Positions 1 through 8,400 of a stretch of 64,000 nucleotides of DNA are shown here, one piece after another (within the stretch, counting starts at the first letter, position 1; each line of letters opens with the position of its first letter). This DNA is from a bacterium (lineage in GTDB: Bacteria > Bacillota > Clostridia > Lachnospirales > Lachnospiraceae): the NCBI GenBank assembly GCA_963595255.1, contig CAVBHX010000003.1:20944-84943 (forward strand). Reading direction: 5' to 3'. The notes beneath the pieces were generated by a model. That model made no database searches, had not been told where the DNA came from, and saw only the letters and a list, made by a program, of their open reading frames with translations. The position numbers and the translations under genes are program-made.

Positions 1-248
1 TATCTGACATTATCGGAACTGTCATCTCCCTTCAGCGTAATCTCCACGCGCCCCGTCGGAACGCTCTTGTTCTGATTCACTTCTACAGACTCGATCTTGT
101 CGTTCTGAACCAGCTGTTGGAATTTCTTCCAGGAAATTTCTTTCTCTCGTTGATCGAACTGATTGGTAAACCACAGTGCTGCGAACAAAAATACGACAAA
201 CACGAGGAATACAACACCATTCAGCCCTCTCGCTTTCTTATTATTCAA
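1..248 (-). CDS. ftsH: ATP-dependent zinc metalloprotease FtsH, N-terminal fragment (continues off the left edge)
   Basis: Not in the ORF track. The reverse complement from TTG at 248 (AGGAG about 8 nt upstream) reads MNNKKARGLNGVVFLVFVVFLFAALWFTNQFDQREKEISWKKFQQLVQNDKIESVEVNQ. That is one TM helix followed by an FtsH extracellular-domain-like segment. It lies directly downstream of tilS-hpt, as in Bacillus and Clostridia. Confidence 0.65.
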   Translation of the reverse strand, partial: MNNKKARGLNGVVFLVFVVFLFAALWFTNQFDQREKEISWKKFQQLVQNDKIESVEVNQNKSVPTGRVEITLKGDDSSDNVR

Positions 249-276
249 TTTTCAGGCTCCTTTCTTATGCCGCGCC

Positions 277-804
277 TTATTCCACGCCCTCTACCACTCC
301 GATGAATGGAAGATTTCTGTATCTCTGGGCGTAATCCAGGCCATATCCCACAACGAATTCGTCCGGGATATTGAATCCGACATAATCTACTTTTACATCT
401 TTTACTCTTCTTTCCGGTTTATCCAGAAGCGTACAGAGCTTCATGCTCTTTGGATTTCTCTTAGATAAGATGTCCATCAGATAATATAATGTTCTTCCGG
501 AGTCAATAATATCCTCCACGATCAGTACATCTTTTCCTTCCAGTGTCTCATCTAAGTCTTTTGCGATCTTAACAACACCGCTTGATTTTGTTCCGTCACC
601 GTAGCTGCTGACACTCATAAAGTCCATTGATACCGGAACGGTAATTCTCTTTGCAAGTTCGCACATAAAGAATACACCACCCTTTAATACGCAGATCAGA
701 TGTACCTGCTTTCCGGCATAATCTTTGCTGATCTGTTCGCCAAGCTCTTTGATTCTCTTTGCAACATCTTCTTCAGGAACTAATACTTTTACTTTCTCTG
801 CCAT
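277..804 (-). CDS. hpt: hypoxanthine phosphoribosyltransferase
   Basis: 175 aa. PRTase signature LIVEDIIDSGRTL and typical Hpt N-terminus (VLKGGVFFMCEL). GGAGGAG RBS upstream of the ATG. Confidence 0.95.
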   Translation of the reverse strand: MAEKVKVLVPEEDVAKRIKELGEQISKDYAGKQVHLICVLKGGVFFMCELAKRITVPVSMDFMSVSSYGDGTKSSGVVKIAKDLDETLEGKDVLIVEDIIDSGRTLYYLMDILSKRNPKSMKLCTLLDKPERRVKDVKVDYVGFNIPDEFVVGYGLDYAQRYRNLPFIGVVEGVE

Positions 805-2161
805 CTTCTTCTCCTCCGTTAAATTCTATTTCCAGAATTCTTCTGGTTTTATCTGTAACCTGATATGCCTGGTTCTGTCTGTATCCGATGATCCACAGGA
901 TGTGACTGCCGTCTGCCGCCAGCCAGATCTTCTCCCTGTCTTCTCTCGGGACTTTCACATTGACAAAATACTTTTTCAGGCTCTGTGTACTGCCGTTTTT
1001 GTCAATCGTAATATAGTCTCCAGGCTGCTTATGTCTTATTTTTACAGTGCTCTTAATTATATCATAGTCAAACCATTTCGTGTAGGTTTTTTTAGGAAAT
1101 ACACTGGTTTGTGGTGTTCGTTCCAGTATGCGCATCTGTACCGGCGGCTTAGAATTTTCTCCGGATTTTTCTTTATCCTTCACTTTATGAAGCCAGATTC
1201 CTTCGTAACACCTTTCCCCGGTCATCTCATAAGGCAGCATAATCTTCCGTCCGGTCTGATGTTCCATCAGTTCTTCCACCAGTTTTACGTGGATCTGTTC
1301 AATATCTTTTTTGCGTCCTGCCGTTTCGCACAACAGTTCATGGATCAGAAACGTCCGGACAGTCTCATTTACACTTCGGAAACCCTCTTCCAGGATCACT
1401 ACTCCTTCTGCTTTATCTTGTTTGGGTTTTACGCAGTATTTTCTGCATTTTTCCACTTCCTCTTCCATAAATGCCCACACTGCCCGCATTTGCTCCATCG
1501 TATCCGCCATATGTGAAACAGCTCTTGGATTAATCTCTCGTTCCAGGTATGGGATCACATGATTTCTAAGACGGTTCCTTGTATAATGGTCTTCCAGATT
1601 CGTCTCATCGGTACAATAGTCTATATTATTTTCTTTTAAATATTCTTCGATTTCCTGTCTTCTTACCCCCAGAAGCGGCCGGATATACTTTCCGTCAACC
1701 GGACTGATCCCGCCGATCCCTTTAAGACCACATCCACGGCTTAAATTCCACAAAAGTGTCTCCGCATTGTCATTCTGATGATGCGCCAGCGCGATCCTCG
1801 TTCCGTTTTTCCTGTGACAGACTTCTTCGAATATATGTCTTCTGACATTCCTTCCTGCCTCTTCGAGCGTCAGCTTCTGTTCTTTCGCATATCTTCCGAC
1901 ATCTTCATGAAAAGCCAGAAGTTCAACATCCAGCTTCTCACAAAGGGCTCTGACGTAATTCTCATCTGCATCCGCACTTTCTCCGCGAAGTCCGTGATGA
2001 ATATGCACTGCCGTCAACCCAAACCGCATTTCCTTTTGAAGTTTTACAAGCATGAAAAGAAGGCATACGGAGTCTGCACCTCCCGATACGCCTGCAATTA
2101 CATGATCTTTTTCCTGCAGCATATGGTATTTTTTCACATATGCCCTCACCCGTTCATACAT
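773..2161 (-). CDS. tilS: tRNA(Ile)-lysidine synthetase
   Basis: PP-loop motif SGGADSVCLL and TilS-like C-terminal domain. The ORF extends to 2194, but the ATG at 2161 (MYERVRAYV) has an AAGGAAG RBS at good spacing. Confidence 0.9.
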   Translation of the reverse strand: MYERVRAYVKKYHMLQEKDHVIAGVSGGADSVCLLFMLVKLQKEMRFGLTAVHIHHGLRGESADADENYVRALCEKLDVELLAFHEDVGRYAKEQKLTLEEAGRNVRRHIFEEVCHRKNGTRIALAHHQNDNAETLLWNLSRGCGLKGIGGISPVDGKYIRPLLGVRRQEIEEYLKENNIDYCTDETNLEDHYTRNRLRNHVIPYLEREINPRAVSHMADTMEQMRAVWAFMEEEVEKCRKYCVKPKQDKAEGVVILEEGFRSVNETVRTFLIHELLCETAGRKKDIEQIHVKLVEELMEHQTGRKIMLPYEMTGERCYEGIWLHKVKDKEKSGENSKPPVQMRILERTPQTSVFPKKTYTKWFDYDIIKSTVKIRHKQPGDYITIDKNGSTQSLKKYFVNVKVPREDREKIWLAADGSHILWIIGYRQNQAYQVTDKTRRILEIEFNGGEEDGRESKSISS

Positions 2162-2282
2162 TCCGGTCTTCCTTTTTATCTGATTTGTTTTCATATTTTT
2201 TCGAAATATATAACTCTTTTATTTGTTTCGATATCATGATAAATATATATAATTTCTTATAGAAAGTCAACTTATCGGAAAG

Positions 2283-3689
2283 TCAGCTCACGCCCCACAG
2301 GCCGATCACAAGGATCGTCATATCATCCAGCGGCATTTCTCCCGAATATCTCAACACCTCACTTAGAATGCTTCTTGCAAACTCTGTCGGATTTACAATA
2401 TTCGTGTTTTGAATAATATCTATCATCTGTTCTTCCTGTTCTTTTGCCGGAAGTGCATCCAGAACTCCGTCCGTCACCATGACCACATAATCCCCGGATT
2501 CCAGATCACACACTTCCCGGTCAATCTCAATATTCTGTATAACCCCGATCGGAAGTGTTGTTGATACAATTTTTTCAACTGTATCCTTCTTTTTGATAAA
2601 TGTTGCGGCCGCGCCCGCCTTTACAAATTCACAGCTTCCACGATACAGATCAAACAGACATACATCCAGTGTGCAGAATTTCACTTCTTCCCTTCCGATC
2701 ACCAGTGCCGTATTCATCATCTGCACCGCCGTCTCTACCGGGAATCCTGCCTCTAACAGTTCTTCTAACATTTCTACCACCATCGTACTGTCCCGGAATG
2801 CTTCTTCTCCCGATCCCATTCCATCAGAAAGCGCGATTCCTTTGCGACCTCCCGGCAGATCTTTCATAAGAAAAGTATCCCCCGATATCTGCTCCAGTCC
2901 TTTTCCGATCCGGGCAATCCCCTGAAGCGTCTGGAATTTCGCACCTTCCACACATGCAATAGTGCCATATTCCCCTCCTATCACAAGTCGTTCTCCCTGT
3001 CTTGGGATCATGGTTCTTCCTATACATTTTCCCACCAGAAATGCGATATCTTTTGCAAGGATTACCCGTCCCTTAACCGCTTTTACCGTCAGATGTACCT
3101 CATATTTTCCCTGCTGGGTCATATAAAATACAATCGATAACATCTTTACATTCTCTTTTTTTAAGGCTGTTTTTATACGTTTTTCCAGATATTCATCCTG
3201 AAAGATCCCCGCATCCAGTTCTCTGGTTGTATACTGTATCATCTTTGCAAAGCTTGTAAGCTGTGTGGCATATCCTTCTCTTGTCTGCAGCATCCTGTGA
3301 TTCCACATCAATATCTGTTTGGCATTTTCAAACACTTCCAGGCTTTCCCTTAGGAAACGCGGCGCAAGCATGCATTGCCTTTTCAGTCTTTTTTTCAATT
3401 CCATATTCAGTTCTGCACCATATTCTTCTGCTGCACACATGATTTCATACATCATCTGATATGTTTTCTCCCGCCTCTCGCCGAGACACACTTCTTTTCG
3501 CTCACAACCGGCACAGACATTCCCCGTTACTTTGTCAAACATTTCATCAATTTCTTCTTTGGACAATGTTCCTTTATAATGTTCCATATTTAAAAATGTT
3601 TTTGATAGATGCTGCAGAGACTCCGCAAATTTGTCCATCTGCACCACATATGGATTCACAAATATTTCCTGTTCTTTTATCCGTGCCAC
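2283..3689 (-). CDS. spoIIE: SpoIIE-family PP2C serine phosphatase (central plus phosphatase domains only, no membrane domain)
   Basis: 468 aa with a GTG start. PP2C motifs SDGMGSGEEA and VMVTDGV are present. It occupies the conserved yabP-yabQ-divIC-spoIIE-tilS-hpt-ftsH position. No hydrophobic N-terminal region is encoded. Confidence 0.8.
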   Translation of the reverse strand: MARIKEQEIFVNPYVVQMDKFAESLQHLSKTFLNMEHYKGTLSKEEIDEMFDKVTGNVCAGCERKEVCLGERREKTYQMMYEIMCAAEEYGAELNMELKKRLKRQCMLAPRFLRESLEVFENAKQILMWNHRMLQTREGYATQLTSFAKMIQYTTRELDAGIFQDEYLEKRIKTALKKENVKMLSIVFYMTQQGKYEVHLTVKAVKGRVILAKDIAFLVGKCIGRTMIPRQGERLVIGGEYGTIACVEGAKFQTLQGIARIGKGLEQISGDTFLMKDLPGGRKGIALSDGMGSGEEAFRDSTMVVEMLEELLEAGFPVETAVQMMNTALVIGREEVKFCTLDVCLFDLYRGSCEFVKAGAAATFIKKKDTVEKIVSTTLPIGVIQNIEIDREVCDLESGDYVVMVTDGVLDALPAKEQEEQMIDIIQNTNIVNPTEFARSILSEVLRYSGEMPLDDMTILVIGLWGVS

Positions 3690-3789
3690 TTTATTGCTCC
3701 CCTTTCGACCTTTTCTTTTTATTTCCCCGATAAACAGAAAAAAGCTTCAGGAATCTCTTCCTGAAGCTTATCATTTGTTCCGAGTACTC

Positions 3790-4113
3790 TTATTTTGCTT
3801 TGAAAATTATCTCATTATTATGTACCAGACCCAGCTTTTCTTTCGCTACGTCTTCTACGTATTTGTCTGTTCCGACATATTTATCTAATTCTTTGATCTC
3901 TTTTGACCGGTCTTTTTCTGCCTGGATCTGCTCTTTCAGTTCTGTCTCCTGCGCCTGATATTCTCTGTTCTTCGCCTTTAACGTCATACTGTTCGCAGAC
4001 ACCATAACTGTCAGCAAAAGAACAACAGCACTAATCGCCAGCACACTTCTCTTATGATCCTGAGAACGCCTGCGCTGCCGTCTTCTGCGGTTTCTCTGTT
4101 TTACATCTTTCAT
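3790..4113 (-). CDS. divIC: septum formation initiator (DivIC/FtsB family)
   Basis: 107 aa. Basic N-terminus, a single TM helix (VLAISAVVLLLTVMV) and then a coiled-coil segment. Synteny with yabQ. Confidence 0.8.
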   Translation of the reverse strand: MKDVKQRNRRRRQRRRSQDHKRSVLAISAVVLLLTVMVSANSMTLKAKNREYQAQETELKEQIQAEKDRSKEIKELDKYVGTDKYVEDVAKEKLGLVHNNEIIFKAK

Positions 4114-4176
4114 CTTATTTTACTCACCCTTGTTTGACATCTCTGTCATTCCACTCACCTGTTAATTGCCTTTATT

Positions 4177-4527
4177 CTATCTTTTTTTCCGGCCTTTTTC
4201 AAGTGTTTCAGCCAAAAACCCGCTTCCCGGACATACAATTTTTTGATACCACTTCCTGACAGCCACTAGAAAAACCGACATAGCTGATGCTCCAAGCCCA
4301 ATACCTAGTACAAAATACCACCTTACACTACCACTACTTGTGTAGTAAATCTGCACAAACAAAAAAATTGCGGTTCCGACCCAGTATGCCAGATCTTCCA
4401 GCTCAACGATCCAATGCGTATGATGTATCACATTTCGCAGACAGCTTATGCAGCGGTATACAAGACGTACAATTGCTCCGGACAATATTGCAGAAAGAAA
4501 TATAAATAATTCTTTTGTTATTCCCAT
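4177..4527 (-). CDS. yabQ: spore cortex biosynthesis protein YabQ
   Basis: 116 aa small multi-TM protein immediately downstream of yabP, in the conserved yabP-yabQ-divIC order. Confidence 0.75.
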   Translation of the reverse strand: MGITKELFIFLSAILSGAIVRLVYRCISCLRNVIHHTHWIVELEDLAYWVGTAIFLFVQIYYTSSGSVRWYFVLGIGLGASAMSVFLVAVRKWYQKIVCPGSGFLAETLEKGRKKR

Positions 4528-4578
4528 CTCATATTTCCATCCCGTTTCATAAATTTCACCGGATTTCTCTCCGCTTTT

Positions 4579-4872
4579 TCAGCGAAACAATTTTCCAAAC
4601 AGACTTTCCGCCTGTTTTCCGGGAGACTGTATATCCGAATAAGAGATACTTTCAATGGTGCCGGACAGATCAATCTCTCCCTTTTCCAGATTCACCCGGT
4701 TTACATGCAGATCCGTGCCCTTTACCATGAGCATTCCCTGCTCCGTCTCCAACAATATCTCATTCAGATTAAAAGACAGGACATCCAACACTCCGGTCAC
4801 CAGTCCGGTTTTCCGGTTATTTAATACCAGTTTATGGCTTTTTTGTACTGCTGTGGTCTCCAACCCTATCAC
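4579..4872 (-). CDS. yabP: sporulation protein YabP
   Basis: 97 aa. YabP-like core LVLNNRK..VTGV.DV.SF....I.LET..G.L.VKG..LH. Confidence 0.85.
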   Translation of the reverse strand: MIGLETTAVQKSHKLVLNNRKTGLVTGVLDVLSFNLNEILLETEQGMLMVKGTDLHVNRVNLEKGEIDLSGTIESISYSDIQSPGKQAESLFGKLFR

Positions 4873-4982
4873 AACCTTTCTTACTAATCATATGAACGTA
4901 AATCACAAATTATGACTTTTCATATGATCACTTAAGAAAGGTTGTGCTGATCTGCTGATTTTTCGCAGGCTCTTTATTTATT

Positions 4983-5222
4983 TTATAAATATTTGAACAG
5001 GTCTCCTGCCTCTTCTTTTTTTGTCGTATCCTTGATATCAAGTACTTCTACTTTTACGGTTCTTGTTCCAAACTGGATTTCTATGATATCTCCCGGTTTT
5101 ACCTTTACCGATGCCTTGGCCGGCTTGTCATTCACCAGTACACGACCGGCATCGCAGGCTTCGTTAGCTACGGTCCGGCGTTTGATTAGTCTGGAAACTT
5201 TTAAAAATTTATCTAATCTCAT
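4983..5222 (-). CDS. RNA-binding S4 domain protein (YabO/Hsp15-like)
   Basis: S4 motif MRLDKFLKVSRLIKRRTVANE. The ORF runs to 5288, but the ATG at 5222 is preceded by GGAGAA at 7 nt, and the upstream extension crosses a repeat element. Confidence 0.85.
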   Translation of the reverse strand: MRLDKFLKVSRLIKRRTVANEACDAGRVLVNDKPAKASVKVKPGDIIEIQFGTRTVKVEVLDIKDTTKKEEAGDLFKYL

Positions 5223-5248
5223 ATCTTTATTCTCCTGCATACTTTGGT

Positions 5249-5295
5249 ATCTACAGTGCCTGTAGGTTGCAGCTTCTTTCGAACGCATAACGATT
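5249..5295 (+). repeat. intergenic hairpin repeat, copy A (diverged)
   Basis: ATCTACAGTGCCTGTAGGTTGCAGCTTCTTTCGAACGCATAACGATT. It aligns with copies B and C and carries compensatory changes in the central stem. Confidence 0.7.
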
Positions 5296-5296
5296 G

Positions 5297-5328
5297 AAAA
5301 AACCGGAGGGCATCAAGATACTCTCCGG
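5297..5328 (-). terminator. rho-independent terminator downstream of hup
   Basis: The minus strand reads CCGGAGAG-loop-CCCTCCGG followed by TTTTTT. Confidence 0.7.
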
Positions 5329-5338
5329 CATAAAATAC

Positions 5339-5385
5339 ATCTACAGGACCTGCCACCGGCAGCTCCTTCCGAACGCATGGCGATT
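5339..5385 (+). repeat. intergenic hairpin repeat, copy B
   Basis: ATCTACAGGACCTGCCACCGGCAGCTCCTTCCGAACGCATGGCGATT, 90 nt from copy A and near-identical to copy C at 33764. Confidence 0.75.
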
Positions 5386-5405
5386 TATAAATATTACAAT
5401 TCAGA

Positions 5406-5681
5406 CTACTCGTTGATAGCATCCTTTAATGCTTTACCAGCTTTGAATTTTGGTGCTTTACATGCAGCAATCTTCATAGTCTCGCCTGTCTGAGGATTTC
5501 TTCCTTCTCTTTCAGCTCTCATGCTTACTTCGAAAGTACCAAATCCAACAACCTGTACTTTATGTTCTTTCTTTAATTCTTCTGTAACAACATCGATAAA
5601 AGCTTTTAAAGCTTTTTCAGAGTCTTTCTTTGATAATTCTGCCTGGTCAGCAATTGCTGCGATCAGTTCTGTCTTATTCAT
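5406..5681 (-). CDS. hup: HU family DNA-binding protein
   Basis: 91 aa. MNKTELI... and GFGTFEV..RAEREGRNPQTGE are canonical HU features. Confidence 0.95.
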   Translation of the reverse strand: MNKTELIAAIADQAELSKKDSEKALKAFIDVVTEELKKEHKVQVVGFGTFEVSMRAEREGRNPQTGETMKIAACKAPKFKAGKALKDAINE

Positions 5682-5867
5682 GGATATGTTCCTCCTCTTA
5701 TTTACATTTAGAATTCACGATTTCAATTCTTTTTATACAAAGTCAACGTCCATACCCGTCATATGGCATGCCTTTATGTACTGTTATACCTGTTTTCACT
5801 GTGAATGTCAAGGTAAATCCCCCGTTTTCCCTGTATTTTCAAGCTTTTTCGCTATTTTACCATACCT

Positions 5868-6854
5868 TTAAAGTTCAAATCCAAATACTTCTTTTAAAAA
5901 CATTTTTTTCTCTTCTGTCTGCCTTATCGCAGTCTGAAGCTTTTCTATGTTTTTTACCGATATCCATGCTTTATTTGTACAGTAATACGAATTGGCCGTT
6001 TTCCAGAATTTTTCCGGATAGATCAGACGGATCTTCAGATATTCCATTTCATTCTCCGTAAGCGGATGTATTGCCGAATAGGCATTCAGCATACCATCAC
6101 CCAGGCGGATCTTCCATCCACTTTTTTCCAGAACCTTCCTGAGGAAATAATACAGATCTTCCACCTGAATGTCCCTGCGGAATTTTTCAAAATTGGTTGT
6201 GGCGATTCCTTCTTTTGTCATAATGATATTATGATAATTATACTCTCCATGTATCATGCCGAACTTCTTCATCTCTTCGGCATACAGTTTCTCATAATCC
6301 GACCGCTCCAGTTCTTCCACTGCTGCCTCTGCCCATTGATACATCTGATCAAACTGCTTCAAAAAGGCAAATTCAAACTCACCCTTGGGAACAACTTTTC
6401 TTGTAAATTGCCGGACCTTCTTTAATTCACGATTATGCCGTCTGTATTTTTCATCTGTTTTGGTTCCTTCCGGTATCCCATGTTCCAGTTCATAACGCAT
6501 AATGATATGTAGTTTTGCCAGATTTCCCGCCGCTTCAAATATTTCCCTTGTCTTCTTAATGTCGCATTCACGTCCGGCAAAACATTTCTTCAATATGTAC
6601 CGATCTCCGTTATCCAATGCAGATATATATTCGCTGTTACGGTTCGTGACCACATAATCGATCCGATGATACCCCTGCTCATAAAGCCGTGTATAAAGTT
6701 CACATAACGCAGGGATTCTCTTCTCAGATGTTGTAATCTCCTTTAAAAGGAATAATCCCTTATTTGTTTCGCATAAAACAGCACCCCTGACTTTGCGGGT
6801 GCTGCTTACTTCTATATCATATTGTTCCAGTATTTTTTGTTCAAATTCCTGCAT
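5868..6854 (-). CDS. CotS-family spore coat protein / kinase-like phosphotransferase
   Basis: 328 aa. Protein-kinase-like fold motif IHGEYNYHNIIM, typical of the CotS/YutH family. Confidence 0.7.
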   Translation of the reverse strand: MQEFEQKILEQYDIEVSSTRKVRGAVLCETNKGLFLLKEITTSEKRIPALCELYTRLYEQGYHRIDYVVTNRNSEYISALDNGDRYILKKCFAGRECDIKKTREIFEAAGNLAKLHIIMRYELEHGIPEGTKTDEKYRRHNRELKKVRQFTRKVVPKGEFEFAFLKQFDQMYQWAEAAVEELERSDYEKLYAEEMKKFGMIHGEYNYHNIIMTKEGIATTNFEKFRRDIQVEDLYYFLRKVLEKSGWKIRLGDGMLNAYSAIHPLTENEMEYLKIRLIYPEKFWKTANSYYCTNKAWISVKNIEKLQTAIRQTEEKKMFLKEVFGFEL

Positions 6855-6927
6855 TTATATTCCCCGCGCTTTACATTTGATATTCTTTTTAAATGTATGT
6901 GGGAAATATAAAAAATATTCACTGCTG

Positions 6928-8271
6928 TTATACTTCTTTATCCGGGAAACTATAATTCAACAGGATCTCTTTGGTGTTCATTTCCGGTTTCTCGATCACA
7001 AGGTTCAATAATTCGTTTAACTTTTCCCCGATCTCTTTTCCCGGCTTCATTCCCGCCCGGATCAGATCTCTACCTGTCACAGCCAATTCTTTTAATGAAA
7101 CGCACTGGCCTTTTTCTATAATCTCTGCATATGTCTGTTCTACTTCATCCAGATTTTTTAATTTTTCCGCTCTCTGGTACTCACTTTGCGCCAGAACATC
7201 TGCTCTCCTTACTTCCATATAGTATGGGAAAATGTCTTCTCCGATCTTATTCATTGCCCTTCTGACATTTTTCGGCACGGCCGGCATGCGGTAATCATGA
7301 TTCAGCACAAGTCTTGTAACCTTATGCAGCGTATCATTATCGAACTTTAATCTCCGAAGCACTTCTTTGGCAATCCGCTCACTTCCTAATGCATGCATTT
7401 TAAAATGCGCCACACCGTCTTCATCCATCGTCTTGTATTCCGGTTTGCCTGTATCATGCAGTAACATTGTTAATCTTAAGATCTTATCATTGCGGACATT
7501 CATCATCGCATGAATGGTATGTTCCCCGACTGTGTACATATGATGCGGTGTTTCCTGCTTTGTCTCCATCATACGGTCAAATTCCGGCAAAAATACCTTC
7601 GTAATCCCAAGTTCATAAGCAGTTCTTATAAGCTCCGGCCGGTCAGATGTCAGCATCTTCACCAGTTCTACCTGTATCCTCTCCGCACTGATATTTTCCA
7701 GTGTCGGCGCAAGAAGCTTCATTCCTTCTTTCGTCTCCTCATCAATCTCGAATCCAAGCTGTGCCGCAAATCTGACGCCTCTTAAAATCCGGAGCGCATC
7801 TTCCGAGAAACGTTCCCTGGCATTTCCCACACAGCGGATCATATGCTTTTCCAGATCCTGCATTCCTCCAAAGATATCTACGATCCCATCCTTGTCATTG
7901 TATGCCATGGCATTGATCGTAAAGTCTCGTCTGAGCAGGTCTTCTTTCAGATTTCTTGTAAATGTGACTTCTTTCGGGTGTCTGCTGTCCTCGTATTTTC
8001 CGTCGATTCTGTACGTCGTAACTTCGTATCCCTCATGATTCAAAAGTACGGTTATCGTTCCATGCTCAATTCCCGTATCAAATGTTTTGTCAAATAATGC
8101 CTTTGTCTCTTCCGGCATTGCTGATGTTGTAATATCCCAGTCGCCCGGTTCTCTGCCAAGGATGGAATCTCTGACACATCCTCCGACTGCGTATGCTTCA
8201 AATCCATGCGACTGTAAGGTATGAATGATAAACTGTACATCATCCGGTAATTTTATATTAAAGTTATTCAC
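6928..8271 (-). CDS. cca: CCA tRNA nucleotidyltransferase with HD domain
   Basis: 447 aa. PolyA-pol head motif GGCVRDSILGREPGDWDITT and a C-terminal HD (LLHDTGK). Confidence 0.9.
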   Translation of the reverse strand: MNNFNIKLPDDVQFIIHTLQSHGFEAYAVGGCVRDSILGREPGDWDITTSAMPEETKALFDKTFDTGIEHGTITVLLNHEGYEVTTYRIDGKYEDSRHPKEVTFTRNLKEDLLRRDFTINAMAYNDKDGIVDIFGGMQDLEKHMIRCVGNARERFSEDALRILRGVRFAAQLGFEIDEETKEGMKLLAPTLENISAERIQVELVKMLTSDRPELIRTAYELGITKVFLPEFDRMMETKQETPHHMYTVGEHTIHAMMNVRNDKILRLTMLLHDTGKPEYKTMDEDGVAHFKMHALGSERIAKEVLRRLKFDNDTLHKVTRLVLNHDYRMPAVPKNVRRAMNKIGEDIFPYYMEVRRADVLAQSEYQRAEKLKNLDEVEQTYAEIIEKGQCVSLKELAVTGRDLIRAGMKPGKEIGEKLNELLNLVIEKPEMNTKEILLNYSFPDKEV

Positions 8272-8342
8272 AAATATTTCCTCCGTTTATCCACGTTATC
8301 AATATTCTATATCATACCATATTTTTGCCGGTGGCTGTTGAT

Positions 8343-8382
8343 AAAAAATGGACGGTAGATTTCTAAAATCCACCGTCCATTG
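8343..8382 (-). terminator. rho-independent terminator after proS
   Basis: The minus strand reads AATGGACGGT-loop-ACCGTCCATT followed by TTTTTA. Confidence 0.75.
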
Positions 8383-8400
8383 CTTACAATTACTTTATTC

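Noticed and set aside
5219-5422. A 67-aa minus-strand ORF spanning the hup-S4 intergenic region.
   Set aside because: It is built entirely from the two repeat copies and the hup terminator. It has no RBS, and its repeated peptide segments simply mirror the DNA repeats.
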